A stretch of 64,000 bases of DNA, taken from Octopus sinensis. Taxonomy: Eukaryota. A program made the position numbers and the translations under genes. Positions 1 through 13,812 of the stretch are shown piece by piece; within the stretch, counting starts at the first letter, position 1; each line of letters opens with the position of its first letter. Location: the NCBI RefSeq assembly GCF_006345805.1, contig NC_043001.1:109058001-109122000 (forward strand), given 5' to 3'. The notes beneath the pieces were generated by a model. It saw nothing but the letters and a program-made list of their open reading frames with translations, ran no database searches and was not told the origin of the DNA.

Positions 1-219
1 TTTCTAATTATTATCAAAAAATGTATATATGCATTTTAGTACTTTTGTGACAACCGGTACTTAACACAACAAAGATTATACAAAACTTTTCATTTTATTT
101 TTGACAATCTTTTTCTAAAAAGTGAAACCGGTCAAGTGAAGGAAAATCTTTAAAATTGCATTTTCAAACCTTCTTGCATATATACTTGCCCTCGTGGGTT
201 ACTTTACAACTTCAGCTTG

Positions 220-268
<49 letters not shown>

Positions 269-2310
269 ATACTTTGTTGCTGTGTTGATTTTTTCTAAGT
301 CGCACCGAGTACGACCGACTGACTCTTTAGCGAACGAGGTGCACATATCATCGTAGGCTATCCTCACAAACATGAGCAGTTTTATTGCCAACTATGGTGT
401 ATGACGTAAACTCATGTAATGGCATGTTCGACAACACAAACTCTCCAACCGCGTGCTGTCGCTGTCTTCATCCGTCGTCATTGTCCACTTGTATTAAAAA
501 CTACTCAGCGAGCTCTTTCGTGTTGTCGTTGTTGATGAAGTGGAGACATTGCCCAGGAAGGCGACAGTCATCGGCAGAGTCACCCGCAACCCACCAGCAC
601 TCGTATAGCCTGAAATGCTGAAATAACCATTTAATCTTTTTCAGCGAGGACGGAGTGGATGCTTAGACCGAGCGGCAGGCAGTTCTCATTATCGATAGAT
701 ACTGATTGCCTATGCACCATTATTTACGTGCTTGTTAAAAGCCTTAATTAAATCGGAAGGGAATGCCTTATCCATTGGATGGAATCAAACTAAAAGCTAA
801 GTTATCTGAACTAAGATTTCGACAACGAATTTCCTATGACAGAGGAGCAGGGATAAGATTGGCAATTCTAAAGCTAATGCCTACAACTGAAGTGAGCAAC
901 TGTGAATTTACTGCGGACTTTGAGTTTATCATCAGAGCATCGTAAGAGAGACGGCATAGTTCATTACATCGGTTTAAATATTCATATCTATTTTATAGAA
1001 CTCGACAAAATTTCGTTTATCGGCCTTGGAGTAGGAACCTGTTTTCCGAACTTATAGAAACATTATTTAATATCGGAAGTTGTTTTCCCATATTCTATCA
1101 TTCATTTTCATTGTTAAAACATTTACGGCATATAACCAGAAATTTGTTCAAAGGATGAAATCGATTCGGTTATTTAGAAGTAATTTATTTTACTGACACC
1201 AGAAAATCGAAAACCGAAGTCGATCTTGAAGAGAACGTAACTCGGAGGGAAAAGGGACAGAGTGCAACACAACATGTATGTTGTCCGATAATCAACTGGA
1301 TCGGCCATTAAGTTTACTGTATTTAGTTTCAAGTTGCCTGGCCGACATTGTTTTTGAAATGTCTGATATCGATACAAGAAATACTCGTCTATCAGTAGGA
1401 ACGATTCGATCAACTACACGCTTCATCAATTCTAGACCTTGTGTCACAACCACAAATCAATAATGTATCGCGTTATTGTTTTGCCAAATTTAGAAGACAT
1501 TGTTCTATGATGTTTGTGATGTTTATAGTTTTTGTATAATGGCGTCATCTTTGTTTCTTTATGGTTTCCAAGGAGTTTCTCAACTATTAATGTATTACAA
1601 TACAAAGTAACGAACAATGAAAAAGTATAAATAGAAAAAAGAAGAGGAAACAAATGAGATATCCAGCTATATTCCTTGCCAAATCTAATGGTACCACATA
1701 TTAACATATGGTTTCCTTTATTTATCGATAATACCAGTGTTGCATTTTAATCGTTGTTGCGGAGGAATTATAGCTGAATATTAAACTCAGCAGCGATTTA
1801 CTGCCGAGAGAGTTTCTAGTACAAAATAATTTTTTTTATTACGATGACATTTTGTCGCATAAAACAAGGGTTGAAAATCGCCTATATGCACCAGGATGTA
1901 ATGACATTAGGAAGGTTTCATGTTTTTTTCTAGATAGCATAGTAATAATATTTTGCTGATAACAAAATTTGTTCTGGGAATAGGTCTATATAAAAATATT
2001 AGAGAAATGTGTAGCGATTCACAGAAATTGTTGATCAGTTTAAAATTTTTTAAGGCATTAAGTTGATGAGAGGTAGGGATTATCCAGTGTATATATTCTT
2101 CATATCCTGACAATATGTTTACCGAACTTTGACTTACTACTAACTAATTTTTCAAGTCCAGAACCATTATGCATTATTATCTACGATCATGTAGATATGC
2201 TTTTGGACTCAGTAGATTTAAAATCACGTGCATTTCCTTCATGTAGTCAGATAGACTACATGAAAGAGAATTTAACTGTTGCTGTTTAATCTTTCAGAAT
2301 ATAAATTTAT

Positions 2311-2830
2311 TACCGTAATCACAAATAAATCCTCGAGTATAGTCCGCCCTTGAGTATAACACGCAGGAGAATTTCAGGGATCTGTACCTCTGAAAAATAA
2401 TACGCACCCCATCTCTAACTTGAGTCGGGCGTAATTAAGCCAGCAGCACCTAGTCGAACAAACACTTCTGCGCATGCGTAATACAATAATGGTAATGTTC
2501 TTAACTGTTATATGGGAATGTAAATATGTTTGTAAATTGTTTTTGTTACATGTTATTCTGTGTTCTGAATACTTTTATTTTAATAAATGTTGCTTACTGC
2601 AAGTTATGGGTGATTCTTTTAAGACTTCATTGCTTTCAGGCTTAGCTTAAGGTATTTTCGCGCTCGTCATCACAAAATGCGTCTGAATAAACTTAGCCAG
2701 ACAGCAAATAGAGACTCCGACATTGCTTAGAAAATATTTTTCATTTTTAACCTCGTATATAGTACGCACTAGGGTTTTTGACCTTTAAATTTTGGGGAAA
2801 AATGCGGATTATACTCGAGGATTTAGGATA
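2311..2830. mobile_element. Non-autonomous Tc1/mariner-superfamily (Tc2/pogo-like) MITE
   Basis: Inverted ends TAAATCCTCGAGTATAGTCCGC (2326-2347) and GCGGATTATACTCGAGGATTTA (2804-2825); left end begins TA-CCGTAA, typical of Tc2-like TIRs; no ORF inside. Confidence 0.7.
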
Positions 2831-3389
2831 ATTTATAAGAAAATTCCTTGGTAAAAATAATCTAACTACAAAAATTAATGAGTTACTCTGATTTTTCTAT
2901 GTACCTTCTTATCAATTATATGTATGCCGGATGGAAATCAATTCAATTTTGCATTATTTGAGGAAGCTTTTTCTTGAAAGAAATTTATTCCATTGGATGC
3001 AGAATACATTCCTTTTTAGATACAAGCATCAATTACTGGAGGATTCTGTCACTAACAATAGCCTTTAGGCCATTTACGACATCATTGTCTGAAAAGACGC
3101 TGGTATTCTATGAACCGTAGCAGCCAGATTTGACAGGCATGCGGTGACCGGACACTCTTCGCTGACGATTTCCTGTAGAAAGAAGTCATGTGATATAGGA
3201 CTTCTGGCGTCCATGGCAAATGATTCTCATCTGCTACGACCTATGTGTATGTTTTTATGCACCGCACACCTATAACAGAGGATGAATTAAGGCTATTAAC
3301 GCAGTTTTTTGTTGTCTAGAAAAGACATCCATGTTAAGCTGAGTATAAAGATTACATTTTGATATTAACACTGCAACCGTCGCTAATGA

Positions 3390-3432
<43 letters not shown>

Positions 3433-3821
3433 TAATATATATATATATATATATATAATTATATATATATAAGTTATGTTGATTGCATCGTGTTTATATA
3501 TTTAATCTAAGGTGTCTCTGTTGAAAACGATTTCACCTCGCGAGCAAAAGTTATTTACTTGCTAAACTAAAATCAGAAATCAATTGGTCCAGGAAATTAG
3601 ATGGTAAAATGTTTTTATTTTTCCATTTCATTCCTGTCGAAATTTATCCCTAATTTTGCGGTTATAGAACCTAGCTGTTCTTTCTAGCGTGTTGAATCCC
3701 ATGAGTTGATTCCATATGTACACTGATTTTTATGACTAATACATAGTCTTTGGACTAAATTTTTACATGTTAGACCCACTGAAAATAAAATTTCTATTAA
3801 TTTCCATCTCCCTTTGATATG

Positions 3822-3893
<72 letters not shown>

Positions 3894-4315
3894 TGTGTGT
3901 GTTTATGTATATATGTTTCATTTGATTCAACCAGAGGCTGAGGTCCTACTGGGGAATCGATTTTAATGCGATTGGGTTTCTTTGCTGTGTCATTTCTGAT
4001 TAAGTAGTGAGTTGGACGGAGTTGTTGTTCTTTGTGCCTCCTTCTGCAAAGTGGGCTCATCTGATATTTCAAATAAAAATCTGTCCAAACGTTCTATAAA
4101 GATCTCGTAAAGCTCATCCATACATACCTTTATACATATTATTGTTTTGGTTCAAAAGTGCAGAGGATTATATGAATTGGAGAGAGATCTTTATATTTGT
4201 ATTGTTCAGCTTCTCATTGTTTATAACAGAAATGGCAAGAAAAGTTTTTGTCAGAAACGTACCGAGGTCTTAATTTGCCGATAGCCTTTGCCCTTTAGAA
4301 CTCACCATAGCAAGC

Positions 4316-4351
4316 TACATACATACATACATACATACATACATACATACA

Positions 4352-4380
<29 letters not shown>
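4316..4380. repeat. (TACA)n microsatellite (one of many; others at 9877-9925, 18447-18615, 34314-34440, 42340-42425)
   Basis: Seen directly as a tandem tetranucleotide repeat. Confidence 0.95.
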
Positions 4381-4387
<7 letters not shown>

Positions 4388-4982
4388 GGCATGGGCATAG
4401 TCTACGATTAATTACATATTATTTTAAAACGAATTAAGTTTCTGTTTTACTTTCTTCTAAATTTTTCAATTTTTAGATAATTTCTGTAAATATAACGCAA
4501 GGAGGTTTATATACAACAGACAGCTAATCATCCTACTGCGCTTGAATATGCGCCATTTAAAAAAATATAGAATAATTGAATAACTAATCAATTAATCCAT
4601 AAATTAATTATATGGTATATTGGAAAGTTGCTATCCATACACACACCTCCCACCATTTCTATATAAATTATATTGGTGTTATAAAACAAATAACTGTGAC
4701 ATACTGAACTTTCTTTTCAGTAATTTCTCAATTTTCTCTTCGCAAAATTTTGTTTAATCTATTAATTGCAAAGAAAAAAACAAACAAACAAACAACATGT
4801 ATTGAAACAAAGACGCACATGAAGAATACCATGTAGAAATGCGTGCTTTCTTCCTCTCTCTCTTCTCTCTTCCCTCCACCTCTATACCTCTCTCTGTATA
4901 TATATATATACGCATATTATATTTGAAATTTGTTATATACATAGATATATATTTATTGACACATGCATACGGTTTCATCCAC

Positions 4983-4983
<1 letters not shown>

Positions 4984-5072
<89 letters not shown>

Positions 5073-5084
5073 CTATCTATCTAT
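4984..5084. repeat. (TATC)n microsatellite (others at 40148-40228, 55434-55575)
   Basis: Seen directly. Confidence 0.95.
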
Positions 5085-5085
5085 C

Positions 5086-5424
5086 GTGGAGGCGCAGTGG
5101 ACTCGCGATCGTAGGATCGCGGTTTCGATTCCCAGGCCGGGCGTTGTGAGTGTTTATTGAGCGAAAACACCTAATGCTCCACGAGGCTCCAACTGGTGGT
5201 GGGGCGATCCCTGCTGTACTCTTTCACTTCAACTTTCTCTCACTCATTCTTCCCGTTTTTCTTGTATCTGTATTTCAAAAGCCCAGCCTTGTCACACTCT
5301 GTGTCACGATGAATATCCCCGAGAACTACCTTAAGGATACACGTGTCTGTGGAGTGGTCAGCCACTTACACGTTAATATCACGAGTTCCGTTCATCGGAT
5401 CAACTGGAACCCTCGTCGTCGTAA
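5086..5424 (+). mobile_element. tRNA-derived SINE, family B
   Basis: Head GTGGAGGCGCAGTGG...GGTTTCGATTCCC (Pol III A/B-box-like); body and tail (..GGAACCCTCGTCGTCGTAA) shared with copies at 27057-27409, 39480-39680 and 43123-43491. Confidence 0.9.
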
Positions 5425-5487
5425 TAATCTATCTACCTATAGGAAAATAGTGAAAAAAGTTTGAAAATGCGTCAAAGTTTCCTTTTT

Positions 5488-5534
<47 letters not shown>

Positions 5535-5562
5535 CACACACACACACACATATATATATATA

Positions 5563-5745
5563 CCTTCGAAATGCGGAGTAGATGAAACAGGGACAACTGA
5601 AGAAGGGGAATATTCTTTATGTTGTATGTCTCGTTTCTGTTTTTTTCGTTGTTTGAAAAAATGTTCGTTTCTATGTTTTTGTTTTTATGTTTTCGTTTTT
5701 CATTTTGTTCAGCGTTATTTTGATGCCCTGTACCAATATATGCAT
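5563..5745 (+). mobile_element. Probable Penelope-like pseudo-LTR remnant with degenerate hammerhead (GAAA half lost)
   Basis: ACAA-CTGAAGA-AGGGGAATATTCTTT-ATG-TTGT followed by a T-rich tract, embedded in microsatellite. Confidence 0.35.
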
Positions 5746-5872
5746 GTATGTATAGATATATATATGTAAGTGTGTACATATAATCTGTATATATGCATAT
5801 ATTATTTATTATTTATATTATATTATATATATATATATTATATATATATATATATATATATGATATATATAT

Positions 5873-5923
<51 letters not shown>

Positions 5924-6377
5924 ATATATATTATATATAATATATACATATATATATATGCGCGTTTGTATATATGTTTTTTGTGTGTGTGCATACGTGT
6001 GCGTGTGTAGCCATATTGATACATCGTATAACAGCGAAACTGCAATAATGGTTCATATCGTATCAGCTTGAACCCTGTTATGTTCGCAATACTTAACGCT
6101 GCTAGCTGTGGATTCGCTGTTGTGCTATTATTCATGACTACCAGTGCGAAGCGTGTGGGAACAATTAATTTTTGATTGCCTTTTAAACAGTTTAGCTGTC
6201 TACAATCGCTAAATCGTTGTATGAATGGGCAACTAATCTCTGATCCTCGTGAATGTATGCAAACAGGAGTTGATTCTCGACTAAATGTCTCTTTGGCAAT
6301 GTTGTGTTGTCGAATTCACTGGAACAGAAACCGTTAAAGGGAAAACAAATATTGACTAGTGTAATGAAGGTATTGTT

Positions 6378-6785
6378 TATTCTTTTCTACTCTTGGCGCA
6401 AAGACCGAAATTTTGAGGGAGGAAGCCAGAGGATTAGATCGACCCAAATCGCAATTTATCGCAATTTATCGCAATTTATCGACCCCGAAAGGATGAAAGG
6501 CAAAGTCGTAATCGGCGGAATTTGAACTCAGAACGTAACGGCAGACGAAATACCTATTTCTTTACTACCCACAAGGGGCTAAACACAGAGAGGACAAACA
6601 AGAACAGATAAACGGATTAAGTCGATTATATCGGCCCCAGTGCGTAACTGGTACTTATTTAATCGACCCCGAAAGAATGAAAGGCAAAGTCGACCTCGGC
6701 AGAATTTGAACTCAGAAAGCAGCGGCAGATAAATACCGCTAAGCATTTCTCCCGGCGTGCTAACGTTTCTGCCAGCCCGCTGCCT
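6378..6785 (-). mobile_element. tRNA-derived SINE family A (Meta-domain-like), dimeric: head + Tx1-like tail, then internal restart + second tail
   Basis: Minus strand reads GGCAGCGGGCTGGCAGAAACGTTAGCACG...GAGTTCAAATTC...GTCGACTTTGCCTTTCATTCTTTCGGGGTCG...TAAAGAAATA|GGTATTTCGTCTGCC...; same architecture at 47703-48475 and 58325-58670. Confidence 0.9.
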
Positions 6786-7094
6786 TTATTAAGAGTCAAT
6801 ATTGTTACAGTTCGCATAACGTGTGGAAGAAGATTATGAAACTCAGGCTTAGATCATACCACCAATATAATACACATTCTGAGAGAACAAAAGATAATTA
6901 TGAGACCTTGTGCAGTTTCTTGTAATTCTGTGCTTGATGCAAGTAGAAATGCCTGACGGAAAGAAAACTGGGATAAAAGTAGATTAAAGGCTCTCGAAGA
7001 GAGAGGGCACGTCATTGACGAGGTTGCGATTAATGGTTTAATCAACATACCAGTCAAACAATCGATTAGTTAGTCGGTTAAATATTGAACCGAT

Positions 7095-7228
7095 TGACTA
7101 ACATTGAAGAAGCGATATTGAACCAGTGCCTGTGTTTATTATTACTGGTGTAATGACCTTTCCAAGACGCAAGATTTGTTTCAACACACGAATTCAAATA
7201 AAAAATCTTGCAAACCAAATACAAAAAT
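7095..7228 (+). repeat. Dispersed repeat, probably Penelope pseudo-LTR related; other copies near 27955-28045 and 49370-49445
   Basis: Shared motif AACACACGAATTCA(A/C)ATAAAAAATCTT(G/A)CAAA(C/G)CAAATACAAA, near-identical at 7.2 and 28 kb and more diverged at 49.4 kb. Confidence 0.55.
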
Positions 7229-7375
7229 GAAGTAGAAGTAGAATTAATCAATATCTCAAGGCGTTGAATCGGACCGATTTAGTATGGCATTAATGATTTT
7301 GTTTCGTATTTCGTTCATTGTAGAAGACTAACCCTTCATCGCAGATGAGCATGAACCTGCATCGCTCCGCATTAT

Positions 7376-7652
7376 ACTTTTACTCTCTTTTACTCTCTTT
7401 TATTTGTTTCAGTCATTTGACTGTGGCCATGCTGGAGAACCGCCTTTAGTCGAGTAAATCGCCCCCAAGATTTATTCTTTGTAAGCCTAGTACTTATCCT
7501 ATCAGCCTCTTTTTGCCGAACCGCTAAGTTACGGGGACATAAACACACCAGCATCGGTTGTCAAGCGATTTTGGAGGACAAACACAGACACATAAACACA
7601 CACACACACACATACATACATACATACATGCATATATATATGTATGATATAT

Positions 7653-7712
<60 letters not shown>

Positions 7713-7889
7713 TATACATATAATCGACGGGCTTCTTTCAGTTTCCGTCTACCAAATCCACTCACAAGGCTTTGGTCGGCCCGAGTCTATAGTAGAAGAC
7801 ATTTGCCTAAGGTGTCACGCAGTGTGACTGAACCCGGAACCATGTGGTTCGTAAGCTAGCTACTTACCACACAGCCACTCCTACGCCTA
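7376..7889 (-). mobile_element. Bipartite CORE-like SINE family C with internal (TA)n/(CA)n and CR1-like 3' tail
   Basis: tRNA-like head GGAGTGGCTGTGTGGTAAG...GGTTCAGTCAC, CORE-like TTAGGCAAATGTCTTCTACT, central microsatellite, tail GGCGGTTCTCCAGCATGGCCACAGTCAAATGACTGAAAC plus short tandem AGAGTAAAAG repeats; full copies also at 48757-49315 and 54410-54885. Confidence 0.9.
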
Positions 7890-9249
7890 TTCTTGACTAT
7901 ACTTGACAAAATATCCTTAGCCATGCAGTTACTAGGTTATTCAGTCTAAAAAATTTAGTCCTAAATTAAAGAATCAGGGTAGTGAGAGCTAGTTTTTAAA
8001 AGGAGAGGAGTGAGTTAGAGACGATAGTCAGAACCGCCACCACTGTATTACTAGTATATATCTTAAAGATTGAACACCAAATATTGTACGTCAAAAATGG
8101 CGGAATTTTTGCAGTTATGTAACACATGGCAATTTGACGATAAATACATCGAAGGATTCTAACGTAAGAGAAACACAGCAGCGAAACTTTACCTTGCCGA
8201 ATGGTATGACGTTATTTCTTATGTTAGAAGTATCGATCAGTGTATCTAACTAGCTTTGTGACTATTTATGTCATTATTGATTTTACATGCAATGTAATGC
8301 TTTCAGACAGAAAGGCAACATTGCAATATTTGAGACTGAAATTTGAGACTGAAAGACAACATTGCAATAATCTGAGCTGTTACCACAGCCCAGCCGGCCT
8401 GTCAGAAACATGTAGTTGATATGGCGCAGACAGAATACATTTTGACTATCCTGGTAATTAAAAATTTGAAGTACTTTTCTTATCATGCGATCCTAATAGA
8501 AAAACTTAAATAAATTTTCAAACATAAGAAGAGGCTTGACAAATATTTGCAAATTTTAGACATTTCGAATTATTTTAATGCTACAGGTTAATTTTCGATT
8601 CAACTAGAATTATTATTTGTATTTGCTCATCTCGTTTCAGTTTTTCTTGATTAGCTTTAGCACGAGTATTTGTAAAACAAATTTGAACAGTGTTATAAGA
8701 AATATCGAAGTGATACACGGATCATTGCCAGGTTTTCAAAGCAAAGGCCGTTTTCGCTGTAGTTTATATCAACATCAATAATATTTGTACAATGTTTTTA
8801 TATAATGAGAATCAATACGCCAACAAACATCTAGAATGATTAATATTTTGTTTCCTTTTCAAGTTTCAAAATGTTTGAACATATCAACAAAGAGGCTATT
8901 ATTAGCGGGATTGTTTGTATTCAATGGAAATTCAATAAGTTCATTAGAAGCCTCCCAGTATTTGAAGGTCGAAAAAAGGACACGGTAGGAGAGGGGCATT
9001 GAAGGCGTTATGTTGAGATAAGGTGCAATGTGGTGTAACGCTGGATGAAGACGTCAATGACAACAGTTATGAAGAAAACCTCTGGAAAATATCAGAAAAG
9101 GGTATCAACAGAATTTCTAGCAAGAAAAGAATTCAGATATGAATAGGGAACAAAAATTAAAAGCAGAATCAACAACATAGTATTGAACATGTTTAAGTTA
9201 AAGTTAAAAAGATTTCATATTAAGAACTGCAAACATCATGCGCGTGTGT

Positions 9250-9632
<383 letters not shown>

Positions 9633-9928
9633 AAAAATTGAATATTAATTTGATTAATATCAATTTAAAAGCAGTGGTCTAGCATATAGAAAAATTATAT
9701 TACATACATATAAGAGGGATGACCACTACGTGGATATCCATTATGCTAGAAGTAGATCCGCTATGGTCTGACCGCTGAGAAAAGGAATGTTCTCAAGAAA
9801 ATTTAGCAAACGCCAGAACGTAAGCGAGCAAGACAAATGAAAAGCAACAAAATATAGATTAATCATAAATATATATATACATACATACATACATACATAC
9901 ATACATACATACATACATACATGCATAC

Positions 9929-9960
<32 letters not shown>

Positions 9961-10041
9961 TATATATATACACTCACATATGCATGAAAATTGATAAAAG
10001 CAGGTAGCTGCAATGTAAAATCATAGAGAAAAATTTGAATA

Positions 10042-10359
10042 GTCACTAATTGTGACTGAGGGTGCTGAGAGTACATATGGTGCAAAAAATAATAGTTGAA
10101 ACTCTTAATGCTGCGTGAAAAGCACATTTTATATACCGAGAGGAGGGGATCTAGCTGTTCCATCGAAGCATTGGAGTGATACTGCCGATGTGTCCAGAAG
10201 TAAGGGATGAAACCGGTCCAGTGCTTCTAGCGTTGCACATCGGGCGGTTATTGCCCCTCTCAGTATATATAAAACGTGTTTTTCACGCAGCTTTAAGAGT
10301 TTTAACTCTCATGTCATGTAATATAGGTCCTATCAGCTCCCTCTGTTACAATTAGCGAC
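10042..10359. mobile_element. Fold-back (MITE-like) element with ~100-bp imperfect inverted arms
   Basis: Left arm GTCACTAATTGTGACTGAGGGTGCTGA...AAACTCTTAATGCTGCGTGAAAAGCAC (10042-10143) matches the reverse complement of 10254-10359 (GTCGCTAATTGTAACAGAGGGAGCTGA...AAACTCTTAAAGCTGCGTGAAAAACAC). Confidence 0.7.
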
Positions 10360-10621
10360 GGTTACATATATGAGATGCTTTACCCATGGTTTTGTTAAAA
10401 ATGACGGAAGATTTCTCAGTCTGTGGGAAATTTATTTAACCCATAGACGGGAGCCTGGCATGTACTCTCGTTCCGGATCAGAACGAACCTCTGAGTAAAT
10501 GGATGATTCCACGCTACCCCACCAGAACTTCAGAGCACCCAAACTAGAACCTCATTGGAGGGATGTTTTTCAAAATTATACCCATGACAACATATACATA
10601 AATACATACATGCGCAAGCAC

Positions 10622-10695
<74 letters not shown>

Positions 10696-11710
10696 CACGC
10701 ACAAACGCACATACGTATGTATATATCTATATAATAGGTAGGCACGTATGTGTCTGTGTATATGTGGTTATGGTGTAAGATGATGGCAACGTCGGTCGGT
10801 GGCTCGTATCGTTCAACAGTAAAGATATTCTTTAGAAATCACGCTTCGCGTACAATTTCTCTCACAGCATAGTAGCTATTTTCCATGGCTAGCTCAAGTG
10901 ACATACACGCTTAATATGTTAATGTTTGTTAAATGCAGCGTGTATTCTAATATTCCCTTCTTGATATAAATTTTCCGCTTATCAGTAGCTATTTTTAAAA
11001 TGTCACCATTTGTATTGACGAGCTAATTCAAGCTTAGTGGTGTCAATAAGCGTTTAAACACGTTGACGGAAGCTAACTAAGGAAAATATACACACGTTTG
11101 CTTGTTATTTCGCTTTTCTGCAAGGAAAAAAAAAGGTGAAAACAACCTCCATTTCAAATGTAAGATCACTTCACTAAATGCCATATTTCGGTATTGATAC
11201 GAACCAATTTTTTAAACGCATTTACACGATTCAATGTCAAATATTATTTTCCTGTTCTTTAAATATTAATTGAGATATCTTTTAGTATTTCGGATATTTC
11301 TGATGATGAATCAAACTTGCAGGTTGAAAACAAGAATAAGAATACTATTAATACGAATTCATGCCGATGATGAATGAGACATCCGCACAATTGACACCCA
11401 ATTAGAGCTTTGTAAGCATTCCCCTCATAATTATTTAACTAATTGATTGGATAGAATGTGTCAGAATTTTAAGTGTAGCAATGTTCATTAAACTCATAGA
11501 GAAATACATTTTAATGGAAAAGAAAATAAGCGAAAATGTAAGTTGTCAGTTTTAAATCGGATAATGTAATTATGCTGAGCTGAATTTAGTGAAAAAGTCA
11601 TAAATTTTGGATTGAGGTAATAGTGAGTAAGTGTAAGAATGAATACACCTGATTTATGGTTCTATAAAGGAAAATCCAATTTCATGTGATAAAGGAGGTA
11701 ATAGATAAAG

Positions 11711-12008
11711 GGAGGCGCGTGGCTTAGTGGTAGGGAAAGTTATCTTACGATCATAAGGTTGTGTATTTGATTCCAGGCAGCATGTTGTGTCCTTGCGCAA
11801 AGAAATTCGCTTCACGCTGTTCCAATTTCATTTAGCTGGAAAAAAAATGTCTTGTCATATTCTGCATCATCTTGAATCTTCTTAAGAACTAGGTGAAGGG
11901 TATGCGTGTCCGAGGAGTACTCAGCCACTTGCATGTTAATTTCACGAGCAGGCTGTTCCGCCGATCGGATCGACTGGCACCACTCGTCGTCGTAACGGAC
12001 GGAGTGCT
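11711..12008 (+). mobile_element. CORE-type tRNA SINE (family B2) sharing the family-B tail
   Basis: Head GGAGGCGCGTGGCTTAGTGG, CORE-like GTTGTGTCCTTG, tail CAGCCACTTGCATGTTAATTTCACGAGCAGGCTGTTCCG; copy at 32508-32815 and minus-strand relatives at 16072-16300 and 31700-31950. Confidence 0.8.
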
Positions 12009-12294
12009 GGTTACAGATAAAAGAAGCTAGTGTTTGGGAATATAGGCTACACACACACACACACACACACTCATGTGCATACACATATCCATATTAATAT
12101 CTTTTATCTTTCATTTATTTCAGTCATTGCATTGCGGCCAAGCTGGGGCAGTGCCGTAAAGAATTTTAGTCGAATGAGTCGACTCCATTACTTTGATTTT
12201 TCTTATTCTATCTGTCTCTTTTGCCGAACCGTTAAGTCGTTAAGTCACCGGTTGTCAAGCAACGATGAGAAGAAACGCATACATAAAGACACAA

Positions 12295-12352
<58 letters not shown>

Positions 12353-13127
12353 GTGTGTGTGGTGTGTGTGTGTGTGTGGTGTGTGTAATATAATTAGTTT
12401 TAATTATCTGAATGAGATCAAAGTAGCAACAGTACTAAATATTAAAGTTTATTTGCCAACATAACGTGGCAGTACTGCATAGAACTGTGTTTACTAATTT
12501 TTAACCCTAGGAAAGCATCTTTTCCAGCTGGTTTATCGACACATGGTCTGTGTCCGAGATATACTCTAAGTAAAGCTGCCTACTGATCCGTTCTAGCCGT
12601 TGGCAATACCAGCAGACCGATGATTTCTGGGTAACTTCCTTTCTTCGTTACAGGACTACAGACATCAACCGGGCGACCATTCTCACAGTGTATACTTATC
12701 GAAGCCACTGCCATTCGCAGATCTTGTAAGGTGAAAAACAACTAGTTTTAAATCTATGAGGAATACTTAATATAGTTTTTGAAGTGTAGAGGTGATTTAA
12801 AAAAAATATTTTTAAAACAATGTTATGAAATTTGTTATGAGAATGTTACTAACTCTCTTTAGGGAAGAGATTATTCTACTCTGTGAGCGCTTTCGTTAAA
12901 CCTTTTCAAACACACCACACACAGACACACACATGCGCGCGCGCGCACACACACAGACACACACACACACAGACACACACACATATATATATATGATAAG
13001 GTGTGAGATGTATTGGTGTCCAGAAGTCCCAAGGTGGTAGGTAAGGCTATGTAAGTGCTATGGAAAGACCGTAGTTAGACTCTCGGTTCGATAATAATAC
13101 AAGTGAGGAGTCTAATGCGGGTCTTGC

Positions 13128-13391
13128 ATGAGCATGTATATGTGAAAGAAAAGGACACAACAAAACCAAGGCTGTGTGGAATTTTCAGGACATTATAATT
13201 CCACACAGCCTTGGTTTTGTTGTGTCCTTTTCTTTCACATATACATGCTCATTAAAGAGAAATATGTCTTATATCGTATCTGAATGAGGGATATTCCTAA
13301 TATCCCAGAAACGGCTGTAAGATTAACTTTCTCTTTATAACTGTCCTGAAAATTACATACAGCCTTGGCTTTGTTGTCTTATTTCATTAAC

Positions 13392-13392
<1 letters not shown>
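13128..13392. mobile_element. Penelope-like pseudo-LTR remnant with perfect 56-bp inverted duplication and degenerate hammerhead
   Basis: Arms 13128-13183 and 13197-13252 are exact reverse complements. CTGAATGA-GGGATATT(CCT)AATATCCC-AGAAACGGCTGTA at 13280-13319. 13345-13385 resembles the hairpin arm. Confidence 0.65.
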
Positions 13393-13429
<37 letters not shown>

Positions 13430-13464
13430 ATATATATATATTATATATATATATATATATTAAT

Positions 13465-13630
13465 AGTAATGGTAAGACAACAAAAGAATGAAAGAGACCT
13501 CGATATTATGTGAATAGAGGAAGTTATCTGTAATATAATATGTGACAATTATTCGGTTGCTATAATATAAAACTCCGAGTTTTGGACGTCGGGGCGGAAA
13601 CCAACTCCGGCATCTCTTCAGTTATCGAGG
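13465..13630 (-). mobile_element. Penelope-like pseudo-LTR with degenerate hammerhead (13567-13625)
   Basis: Minus strand ATAA-CTGAAGA-GATGCCGG..CCGACGTCC-AAAA-CTCGGAG-TT-TTAT; GAAA decayed to AAAA. Confidence 0.55.
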
Positions 13631-13812
13631 CAATCAAAATATGCTATGAAATTGCCCGTTAAACAAAAGGAAATTACTATGTAATTGACCGTTATTAAGG
13701 CAAAAGAGCCATTAGAATGACCGTTAAATAAGGGGAAAAACTGAAGGGGAGGAAGTAAAAGACAAAGGAGTAAAAATGCTCATAGCAATCGCATATGCGC
13801 CCATTCACATAC

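Noticed and set aside
5150-5464. Recurrent ORF starting MFIERKHL (also 27140, 43171) and RKDERQSRPR-type ORFs
   Set aside because: Incidental frames in SINE families B and A; recurrence reflects repeat copies, not a gene family.
11711-11780. tRNA-like sequences at SINE heads
   Set aside because: A/B boxes run straight into SINE bodies with no complete cloverleaf; not tRNA genes.
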